Source of the DNA: a virus
Taxonomy: Duplodnaviria; Caudoviricetes
IMG/VR virus record: IMGVR_UViG_3300007764_000117
Coordinates: 1 to 41,831 of that record
Length of the DNA: 41,831 bases
Strand: one strand, 5' to 3'
Shown here in pieces: positions 7,530 to 16,100 of the stretch; position 1 is the stretch's first letter, and each line of letters begins with the position of its first letter. The notes under the pieces are model-generated. The model made no database searches, was not told the DNA's origin, and worked only from the letters and a program-made list of their open reading frames with translations. The position numbers and the translations under genes are program-made.

Positions 7530-9794
7530 ATGAGTGAAATCGAGGAAAAATATCTGGTGTACCGGGGGAACATATTCCCGGCCATGCTGGAGGTACTGGC
7601 CTCGCAGCTAGGGGTAAGTGCCAGGTCCCTTGATCGGCTGGGAGTAGGGTGGAAGATATGCGATTCCTGTTGGGTATTCCCCGAGAGAGATGCCGCCGGT
7701 AAGGTTATTGGACTTGTAAGGCGGTTCTGGGATGGGAAGAAGCGGTCTGAGCTTGGGGCGAGTCGCGGTCTTACTTTTTGTCCCTCCGACTCCAGCGGAT
7801 ATAACCCCTCAAGGCAGCACTGGAGGCGAGTATCCGAAGCAAGCCCTTGTCCGATATGTGGCAAGCCCGACTGGTGCGGGGTCGATGACCGAGAGCCGCC
7901 CCGGTTCGTGCGGTGTATGCGGGAAGCTGAGGGTGCCCGCTATACAGGGCGGGACGGGGGCCACATACATGAACTCATCCCAGGCACCTTTATCGAGAAA
8001 GGGACCGGGGCCCTGCTGGGGCCGTCAGACCATCCTGTTATAGTCGTAGAGGGGCAGACGGACGTTGCGGCGGCAATGGACCTGGGCTTTGTGGCGGTAG
8101 GAAGGCCATCCGCAACCGGGGGGCTGAAGGGCCTGGCCGACTTGCTCCGCGGCAGGGATGTGGCCATATTTGGGGAGAACGACCGCAAGGCCGACGGAAA
8201 GTGGCCCGGACGAGACGGGGTAGAGCGAGCGTTCCAGGCCCTACGAGGCTCCGCATCCTCCTGCAAGAAGTGCTTTCCACCAGAGGACTGTAAGGACCTG
8301 CGGGACTGGGTTCAGAAGTACGCCCCCGACCAACAGGAGGTACTGGCCGCTATAGAGGGCGGCGAGGACACATCGGACAGCGATGTCCTGGAGGACTGTT
8401 CTCCCCTGGCCCTGGCGGAACTGTGGTTGCAGAGGGAACACTACCTGGACGGAGTGCCGACGCTGAGGAGGTACAGGGGGGTATGGTACCGGTTTGACGG
8501 CAAGTGTTATCGAGAGATCGAGGCAGACGCAGAAATCCGAGGGCGTTTATACGCTTTCCTGGAGGGAAAGAAACGGAAGAAGTTTGGGCGGGGCGGCGAA
8601 CCCGTACTTGAACCCTACGAAGCCACCCGCTCCAGGGTGAGCGACATAGTAGATGCCCTCAATCGGAGCTGTCCGGTGGATGAGGACCCTCCTTGTTGGC
8701 TCGATGGCCGCAAGAGCCCGCCCACGGACAGCCTCATATGTTTCCGTAACGGCGTTCTGGACGTGGACTCTTACCTCGCGGGCCAAACCATACTAGCTCC
8801 CCCGTCACCAGTTTTGTTCTCCCTTACCGCGGTACCGTACGAATTCAACCCCGGGGCAATATGTCCCCGATGGCTGAAATTTCTGGGTGAGATATTCCAG
8901 CACGACCAGGAGCGGGTCAACCTGTTGCAGGAATGGTTCGGCTACAACCTAGTGGTGGATACCAGCCTGGAAAAGTTCCTCCTTATGGTGGGGCGTCCAG
9001 GGAGCGGCAAGTCTACTACGCTAGAGGTACTCCAGGCCGTGCTGGGTGCGGAACAATGTGCCACCAGTTCTTTCAAGCACTTGTGCGATGACTTCGGACT
9101 CGAACCTTTAATGGGGAAAACATCGGTGATTCTTCCCGATGCTCACATCCCGAGGCGGGTGGATTCGACCCAGGCCCTGGAGGTCATTAAGTCCATTGTA
9201 GGTCGGGATACTGTTACCATAAACAGAAAGCACATTCGACAGTTAGCAGGGTGCCGACTTCACTGCCGCTTCACAGTGGCCGTGAACGAACTTCCGGAAC
9301 TGCCCGATCATGCCCGGGCTCTGGAGCGAAGATTGTGCCTGCTGCATTTCCCCCAGAGCTTTGAGGGGAAGGAAGATCGGTCCCTGAAAGATAAGCTGCC
9401 AAAAGAATCCCCGGGTATCGCCCTCTGGGCCCTTGAGGGATTGAAAAGACTGAGGTATAATGGAGCCTTCACGCAACCGTCTTCCTCGGTTCCGGTGATA
9501 GACGAGTTCCGCCGATTCATAACACCTATAGCCGAGTTCTTACAGGATTGTTGCGACATAGAGGGCACAGCTTGGGCCGCGAAGAATCAGATGTTCGATG
9601 CGTGGGTGCAGTGGGCCCACGAACACGGGCTTCCGCCCGGAGCCCGCTCCCGCTTTGGGCAGCGACTTCTCGCCCAGGTTCCTACCTGCGTGACGGCTCG
9701 GCGATGTGCGGGAGGTAGACAGTTCCGGGTCTATCAGGGTGTTGGCCTGAAGCCAAGTGCCGTTGACCGCTACCTAGTAAACAGAAGGAGGTAG
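7530..9794 (+). CDS. Primase-helicase (TOPRIM primase, Zn finger, D5/P4-type SF3 helicase)
   Basis: TOPRIM VVEGQTD, FGEND, KDLRDW; Zn motif CPICGKPDWC; D5_N-like FRNGVLD...CPRWLKFL; Walker A GRPGSGKST; NELP and ERRL. Confidence 0.9.
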   Translation: MSEIEEKYLVYRGNIFPAMLEVLASQLGVSARSLDRLGVGWKICDSCWVFPERDAAGKVIGLVRRFWDGKKRSELGASRGLTFCPSDSSGYNPSRQHWRRVSEASPCPICGKPDWCGVDDREPPRFVRCMREAEGARYTGRDGGHIHELIPGTFIEKGTGALLGPSDHPVIVVEGQTDVAAAMDLGFVAVGRPSATGGLKGLADLLRGRDVAIFGENDRKADGKWPGRDGVERAFQALRGSASSCKKCFPPEDCKDLRDWVQKYAPDQQEVLAAIEGGEDTSDSDVLEDCSPLALAELWLQREHYLDGVPTLRRYRGVWYRFDGKCYREIEADAEIRGRLYAFLEGKKRKKFGRGGEPVLEPYEATRSRVSDIVDALNRSCPVDEDPPCWLDGRKSPPTDSLICFRNGVLDVDSYLAGQTILAPPSPVLFSLTAVPYEFNPGAICPRWLKFLGEIFQHDQERVNLLQEWFGYNLVVDTSLEKFLLMVGRPGSGKSTTLEVLQAVLGAEQCATSSFKHLCDDFGLEPLMGKTSVILPDAHIPRRVDSTQALEVIKSIVGRDTVTINRKHIRQLAGCRLHCRFTVAVNELPELPDHARALERRLCLLHFPQSFEGKEDRSLKDKLPKESPGIALWALEGLKRLRYNGAFTQPSSSVPVIDEFRRFITPIAEFLQDCCDIEGTAWAAKNQMFDAWVQWAHEHGLPPGARSRFGQRLLAQVPTCVTARRCAGGRQFRVYQGVGLKPSAVDRYLVNRRR

Positions 9795-9797
9795 TTT

Positions 9798-10235
9798 ATG
9801 GATGCAAGCGACGAAATCCGAGAATTCTCGACCGGGGCCATAAGGGACGCGGCCGATAAGAAACCCATGCTCCAGCTTATTTCGCCCTTCGCACTCATGC
9901 GGCTGGGGGAGTGGATGCGGTTTGCCTGCAAAGACCGCAAACCGGAACCCTATCCAGCGAGGAACTGGGAGAAGGGAATGCCCTTCAGTGAGGTCATAGG
10001 CTCTCTGGAGCGGCACGTCCAGAAGTGGAAAATGGGGGACAGAAGCGAAGATCATCTCGCGGCTGTTATGTTCAATACCATGGCCCTCATTCATCTCCAG
10101 GAGATGATTGACCGCGGCGTGCTCCCCCGGGAACTCGACGATATGCCCTCATACGGGCCGTCTCGACTGTGGGTGGAACGAAAGCCCGAGGACGGCTGCT
10201 ACCTGAGCGTTGCCACCCCCGCAAAGGAACTATAA
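9798..10235 (+). CDS. dATP/dGTP diphosphohydrolase-like protein (DUF5664-type)
   Basis: REFSTGAIRD..KP..L, RNWEKGMP, SLERH, EDHLAAVMFN are characteristic of this phage family. Confidence 0.8.
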   Translation: MDASDEIREFSTGAIRDAADKKPMLQLISPFALMRLGEWMRFACKDRKPEPYPARNWEKGMPFSEVIGSLERHVQKWKMGDRSEDHLAAVMFNTMALIHLQEMIDRGVLPRELDDMPSYGPSRLWVERKPEDGCYLSVATPAKEL

Positions 10236-10236
10236 G

Positions 10237-11007
10237 ATGGCCGCTGTGCATACCCTGACTCGATTCTGGCTCGGGTTTGACCGGCATGTCCCGGATGTGG
10301 ACCCGGTAGTGGACCATATCGTCCGGGATTTCCTGCGGGATTTTAAGCCCAGCATCCGGGTGGCCGGTGGTGATTGGCAGTCGGTGGATCAGGTGTCCGC
10401 CTTCGACAATGAACAGGACATCGACCTCAAGGACGAGTTCGAGCAGAATGAGCGGGCCATTGATGAGTTCGGCATTACCCACTACCTGGAGGGCAATCAC
10501 GAAGAGCGACTTCGCCGCGTTGGGACGAGGCTTGATCGCCGACTGCGGAGCATGGTTGATCTTTCCGGGAATCTTCATCTGGAGGATCGCGGCATTAAGC
10601 TCTTGCCCTATCACCCTCGTCTGGGCATTCTGAGGCTCGGTCACCTGAAGGTCCTCCACGGATTCTTTGCTACTGAGTATCTGGCGAAGAAGACAGCCGG
10701 CACGTACGGCACCTGTGCTTTTGGGCACGCCCATCGCTTCCAGGTGTTCCAGTCCAAAGAGGCGTTCGAGACCCACGTAGGATTCTCTATCGGCATGCTC
10801 GGCAGCCTGGAGCAGGCATACGTGGGCAATCGCCCCCCGATGGGCTGGAGTCAGGGCTTTGCCTTCGGGTATATTCGCCGGGATGGCTCGTTTGACCTGT
10901 ACCCGGTGCGTATCGTGGGGGGACAGGCGGTCATAAACAACATTCACTACCCTCGGCCTGTGCGTAGCAGGCGGAGAACAACCGGAAAGTCGAAGGAGAA
11001 GAAATGA
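10237..11007 (+). CDS. Calcineurin-like metallophosphoesterase
   Basis: Ordered motifs DxH (FDRHVP), GD (GGDWQSVD), GNHE, LHG, GHAH. Confidence 0.9.
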   Translation: MAAVHTLTRFWLGFDRHVPDVDPVVDHIVRDFLRDFKPSIRVAGGDWQSVDQVSAFDNEQDIDLKDEFEQNERAIDEFGITHYLEGNHEERLRRVGTRLDRRLRSMVDLSGNLHLEDRGIKLLPYHPRLGILRLGHLKVLHGFFATEYLAKKTAGTYGTCAFGHAHRFQVFQSKEAFETHVGFSIGMLGSLEQAYVGNRPPMGWSQGFAFGYIRRDGSFDLYPVRIVGGQAVINNIHYPRPVRSRRRTTGKSKEKK

Positions 11008-11510
11008 GTACCACAAAGAAATGCCTTATCGTGTTGAGCATCGTGGCCTTCCTGGGCATGGCCCTCCTCGGAGGATGTGCCAGTCCCACGATTGATTCCT
11101 GGGCCGAACGGGGCGTTCAGGGCCTGACTGCCAGTCACGACCACATCGCCCAACTGGCCGACCGGCTCCAGAAGGATGTCGAGCAGCAGCAGAGCCGAGA
11201 CGTGGACGAGGCGTTCGACGAGATTCTGGACGCGGCCCAGGGCAAGATCGAGGGCGTGACCCTGGACAAGACGTGGCTCAAGGAGCACCAGGCCGGGCTC
11301 ATGCTCCTCCTCAAGCTCAACGACAAGGAGAAACAGGACATCCAGACGGCCGAGAACACGGCCTACGAGAACCTGGAGCAGATCAAGGAGTGCTTCAGCC
11401 AGATCAAACGATTGCGACGGTCCTGGGGGAAGATGGACGAACTTTCCTCCAGGGTAGAATATCTGGCCGGGCTGGTGTCCAGCCTGGTCGCCAACTCGAA
11501 GACGAAGTAG
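11004..11510 (+). CDS. Lipoprotein with coiled coil (possibly spanin-like or superinfection exclusion)
   Basis: KK, hydrophobic stretch and lipobox LGGC; helical mature part. Confidence 0.7.
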   Translation: MSTTKKCLIVLSIVAFLGMALLGGCASPTIDSWAERGVQGLTASHDHIAQLADRLQKDVEQQQSRDVDEAFDEILDAAQGKIEGVTLDKTWLKEHQAGLMLLLKLNDKEKQDIQTAENTAYENLEQIKECFSQIKRLRRSWGKMDELSSRVEYLAGLVSSLVANSKTK

Positions 11511-11522
11511 GAGACACGCACA

Positions 11523-11891
11523 ATGGTTGAGTTTCCGACCGATTCCGATGCGGATGAACCCCAGCCCCAGGCCGAGCCCGAAGGCCCCAACGAGTCCGAC
11601 GAACCCGACACCCAACCCGAACCCCTGGACCCCAGCACCGTCGATGTCATCGAACGCGAACTGGGTCTGGTCGCGGAGGAGTTCCACCGGCGGCATCCCC
11701 GGCTGGCCTTCGCCATCCAGAAGCGGGTGGAGCAGCCCCTGCTGGAGCTTCTCAAGGGCCTGACCGCGGATGATCCGGAGTTCGTGGCCCTCGTCCAACA
11801 GACGAACGAGGAGCTGGACACGGCCAAGCTCATCAGCACCGTTGCCCAGGTCGCCCTCAACGTGGCGATCCGGGTGGCGGGCCTCCTGTAG
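11523..11891 (+). CDS. Hypothetical protein with acidic Pro-rich N-terminus and hydrophobic C-terminus
   Basis: RBS AGGAG, in operon. Confidence 0.7.
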   Translation: MVEFPTDSDADEPQPQAEPEGPNESDEPDTQPEPLDPSTVDVIERELGLVAEEFHRRHPRLAFAIQKRVEQPLLELLKGLTADDPEFVALVQQTNEELDTAKLISTVAQVALNVAIRVAGLL

Positions 11892-11902
11892 GAGCCCACA
11901 TC

Positions 11903-12115
11903 ATGATCGACGATCTTCCGGCTATCGCAAGTATTCGTGAGTTCTTGTCTGGCAAGAAGACCTACCTCGCAGCCGCCGTTGCGGTCATCGGGGCAGTGAT
12001 CGCCTGGAGTCAGGGTGAGCTGGATGTGTTCGGCCTGTTGGCCTCCATCTGGGCCGCCCTTCAGACCGTCTTCATCCGTCTCGGTGTCTCCAAGCAGTCC
12101 GCCGGCAAGGAGTAG
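11903..12115 (+). CDS. Small two-TM membrane protein, holin-like
   Basis: LSGKKTYL followed by two hydrophobic helices and a basic tail; RBS AGGAG. Confidence 0.6.
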   Translation: MIDDLPAIASIREFLSGKKTYLAAAVAVIGAVIAWSQGELDVFGLLASIWAALQTVFIRLGVSKQSAGKE

Positions 12116-12120
12116 AACAG

Positions 12121-12486
12121 ATGTCTCGCTTGCGGGCGAACAACCGGTCCGAATTGATTCGGCTGGCCATGTCGGGCGTGGAGTCCCGGGCCTGCGAGCG
12201 ATCTTTTATCACCGGCGAGGTTGTAGTGCTCGGGGGGTTCTCGAAAATCCCCCCGAGCACACAACCGGGGTGGATCATCTTAGTGAAGTCGGTCAATAAG
12301 ACCGTCTGGGTGGTCGCCGTTTCAGTGGATGAAGCCCAGCACCGCTACCGTGTTGGGCTCCTCGACCGTATTCCTTGGGAACACTGGATCGGCGACCGGG
12401 CAGATGGAACAATTTACCGGGGGGACATACCCAGGCTCGCGGTTACCGCCAGAGACCGAGCCAAAAGGAGCACTACCGATGAATAG
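12121..12486 (+). CDS. Hypothetical protein
   Basis: RBS AAGGAG; fills the operon. Confidence 0.6.
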   Translation: MSRLRANNRSELIRLAMSGVESRACERSFITGEVVVLGGFSKIPPSTQPGWIILVKSVNKTVWVVAVSVDEAQHRYRVGLLDRIPWEHWIGDRADGTIYRGDIPRLAVTARDRAKRSTTDE

Positions 12487-12685
12487 GGAACCCTGGATTC
12501 TTCTTTCGGATGTCCCGGATATTGTCTACCGGGAGATCGGACACAGGCCCACGCGGCAGACGGTTTATAATTGGGTTCGTCGGGGATGGCTGAAGGTAGA
12601 GAACCACCGCCCCATGCGTACAACCATGACCTGGATCATGTCTTTCCTCGATAAGAACCGGGGGACCACCCTGGATGTCGGCTGA
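12479..12685 (+). CDS. Small HTH DNA-binding protein (excisionase/AlpA-like)
   Basis: ATG 12479 after AAGGAG; IGHRPTRQTVYNWVRRGWLK is an HTH_17-like recognition helix. Confidence 0.7.
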   Translation: MNREPWILLSDVPDIVYREIGHRPTRQTVYNWVRRGWLKVENHRPMRTTMTWIMSFLDKNRGTTLDVG

Positions 12686-12956
12686 AGTACAGACCACGGT
12701 TACCGGGGAGAAGGTTGTCCTCATACGGTGGGAAGAGGACCGACTTTCCGTGGAATCGCCTGAGGTGACCCTTGCTATGAGGGAGGGGTGCCGTATAGTC
12801 TGGTCCCGTCAGGGTCACGGGCCTGCCCGAGAGATCGACAGGGACCTGGTATCTACGTTGCTGGAGCGGTTGAATAGGTATAGAGAAGCCTACCGCAACA
12901 GTGACAGTGCAGCGGTAGGCTTCACCCGATTCCTCGACTGGACCATGCTACCATAG
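12675..12956 (+). CDS. Hypothetical protein
   Basis: Last + gene; overlaps the convergent - gene by 9 nt. Confidence 0.55.
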   Translation: MSAEVQTTVTGEKVVLIRWEEDRLSVESPEVTLAMREGCRIVWSRQGHGPAREIDRDLVSTLLERLNRYREAYRNSDSAAVGFTRFLDWTMLP

Positions 12957-13199
12957 CTGGGGCAGGAACCTCGCTACCAGCCCTCCGCCGGCGGTCCCCC
13001 CGAACGCCGCAACCGCGATTAAAATGATCCACAGCCGCTGTCGCTCCACACGTTGACGAATTCCGTTGTGGGCCGTGAGATCACGATTGTGGGACTCCAT
13101 CTGTTGGGGGAGGATGTGTTCCAGGTAGTGGTCGAAGTAGCGTCTGACTACGAGTTCCGCGGCCTGGTCTACCTCTCTTCGCTGTTCGTTATCGAGCAT
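12948..13199 (-). CDS. Small single-TM membrane protein (possible holin or antiholin)
   Basis: C-terminal LWIILIAVAAFGG; RBS AGGAG; last gene of the late operon. Confidence 0.65.
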   Translation of the reverse strand: MLDNEQRREVDQAAELVVRRYFDHYLEHILPQQMESHNRDLTAHNGIRQRVERQRLWIILIAVAAFGGTAGGGLVARFLPQLW

Positions 13200-16100
13200 T
13201 GTACCAATCTCCTGTCAGACGCGAAACTGGCTTCGGCATGTTGGCTCGCCTGGGCCGCACAGGACGGCCGATGGGGTGGGTGATGCTGTCTGTGATCTTC
13301 TGATAGTTCTCCTCAGCGGTCTTTGCCATGATCCTGTTGGCTGGCGAGAGACCGCCAAGAAACTCCGCCTGGTTCTTCCGAGGCACTGATATGGGGCTAC
13401 GTGACTCCAGGGAGGCCCGGAGACGCAACCTAGCTTCCTCGGCCGAAAGACCCTCGGACTTAGCCCAGCTCTTGTAGGCATCCAAGCGTTCCAGGAGGGC
13501 CGGTTTGTCCGAGTCCCTGACGGCCTCGAAGATCACGAGGTAGTGGAAGTTCTTCGGCCCCATGCCGGGCTCCGGCTTTCTGCCCAACTTCTCGTTGAAG
13601 ACCCTGGACAGTTTGCGGGTCTGGTAGTAATCCTCCCGCGTCGGGTACGTGGCCCTCGCCCACCACCCTCTCGCAGCCTTCCAGACGGGAGTGTATCGCA
13701 CGCCAAGGGATTCCAGGCGGCGAGAGAACGGTGTGCCGTCGTACTGGTTCAGCCCCAGCAAAGCCATGCCCACCTCAGTCGTAACGGCGAGGGGGAAGAT
13801 GAGGTTAGCGGGGACCCGGTACAGATCGCCACGAGAATATCGTGCTGCCTCGAACATACGATAGAACGGACCGAAGATTCCGCCCTCAGCCATGGACTCG
13901 GCCAGAAGGCCCGTCCAGCTCTCGGGATCGTCCGGGTCGATCAGGGGCCGTCCCGAAGCAGCTCGGCGAGCGTACCGCTGCAAGAACCCGGAGCCTGCTA
14001 CCGAGGCCACAAAGGCCAGAAGCCTCCAGCCGGAATTCGCCAGACGCTCGGCCGCGGCAACCCGGGCCTCCCGGGTTCGAGCATGCGTCATACTGCGAAC
14101 ATCCTCGGCCACGTCCCCCGTGTGCCGCACGGCACCCCGGGCCACGGAGTTAGTGACCGACAGGAACCGGAAGAGGAATTTTCCTACGGGGTGATTCTGT
14201 ACGGCTCCCTTGCGATGGCGGGCCTCCGGAAGACCTGATATGGTATTGACGCTGTTCTGGAGCACTTTGGCCCGGGTAGCCTCCGTCATAGACCCGCTCG
14301 CGATCTCATACACCTGGCTATCCGTCAGCCTGAGATGTCTCTTCAGGAAACGAGCGTCGGCCGGTGTCATCCGCCTATTCTGATTGAGCTTCTGTACCCA
14401 CAGATCGTACGTTCTGGCCACTATGAACTGGGACCTGCGTTCAGAGAACGCCCCAAGAGTCATAAGGGCTTGTGGGATATCTTTCACGAATACATCATGG
14501 AACCAGGTATCCCGGTGGATGGTCCAGTCCCTATGGGAGTCGATAACGGCTCCCAGGGCTTCATACTCTGCCGAAAACTTTCTTGGGTTGGTGAGAATCG
14601 TCACGAGCGAATTGCCATAGCCCCGCAGGAAACCGCGAAACCCGACAGCCGGGGCCGTACGGATGGGGTTGAAGATATCCCAGATCGGAGCAAGGCTGAG
14701 GACACCGGCGGTGACGGACCGGTCAATAGCTGTTGCCAGTTCGGCAAGACGGCTATCGCCCAGGTCCACCAGGTAATTCTCCATCACTCCCCCCAGGTTC
14801 ACACGCTGGTAGTTCGACAGCATGCGGTTGAACAGCCGCTCGTCCCTACCCGGGCGGGTAGAGCCGCGAGCTACGTCGCTGCGTAGATTGTCGATCAGGC
14901 CGTCCACGTCATTCACGCCCGGCGGAGTGCGGGGCGTGCGGTACACGATTTCGCCGCTGTCCTCGTCGAACGTGCCATACCGCGGCAGGAGCATCCGTTG
15001 GGCCGTATCCCACAGGGCTATTCTCCTGGACTGGGATTCCAAGGCCAACATAAAGTGGGCCCTGGGGTCCCGTGTAAGGAGGTTCACCCAGCGATCACCC
15101 ACACGAAGGGAGACGGGAAGATCATCGAACACCCGGACGTACTCCAGAGAACCGGCCTTCTTCGTGGCACCCGATCTACGCAGGCCAGAAAGCTGCCGTC
15201 GCAGCTCGATTGCATCGGTAGAAAGACCCGGGTTTCGATCAGGGTGCTCGATCAGCCATGCGATGAGGGCGTCCCATACCGGGCCCCGTTGGTAGCGAAG
15301 GGCCTCCTGCCCATCCCTGGTGTAGGACCGGAAGTACTTCCCACTTTGGGCCCGTTTAAACCTTCTGGCGGCGAAGCTGGTACTGCCATCTTCATTCCGC
15401 TTGCGTGCCAACTGCGGGAGTCCAGCATCCTCGGCCGCTTTGCCTGTCACCTCTTGCATGTTGAGATATGCCGCGGCGACGGGCTGTATCTCGGGCGGTA
15501 CCGACGCCCTATCAAGCCTCTCCGGATGTTCCAGGAGGGTCTTCCAGTTCGTATCACCGTCGTCCTGAAGACTGTTCATCCAGGCCAGGACTTTGTGCCG
15601 GGTGGCGGTGTTCATGTCAGCCAACGCATCATCAAACTGCTGGAGCAACCTGCCCCTCATAAGCCGATGTCGAGCTTCGGCCTCGTCGATGAGGGATACT
15701 GCGAACTCTCCCGTTTTTGTCCTCTGGAGCGGCCCGCTCTCATCCAGGATGAGGGCCTGAACGCCTCCGGAAAGAACTGCACCCTCCTCGGCCGCCCCCT
15801 GGAGGCCGCCCGTTATGACCCGGCCGAAGCCGTCTACGTCCAGGGCCCCGCTCTCGTCCGATAGCAGGGATTTCACGCCGCCCCACAAAATCCCCTGCTT
15901 CTCCGCGTCCACGACGATCTCGTTACTGGGGGGTAGATTTCCCAGGGCCGGCTTATCCAACAGCTCTTGGCCCACAGCATAGATGTCCTGGGCGAACGCC
16001 CGATGTACTTCTGGCTTCTCGTGGAACGACTTCTCGACGCGGTTCTCGTCGATGTCCGTTTCCAGTTTGGCCTGGGTAACATCGGCCAGTTCCGTCCCGC

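Noticed and set aside
117-10235. Firm call of a Z-genome (purZ/datZ/dpoZ) cluster
   Set aside because: No adenylosuccinate-synthetase-like gene seen; kept only as a hypothesis.
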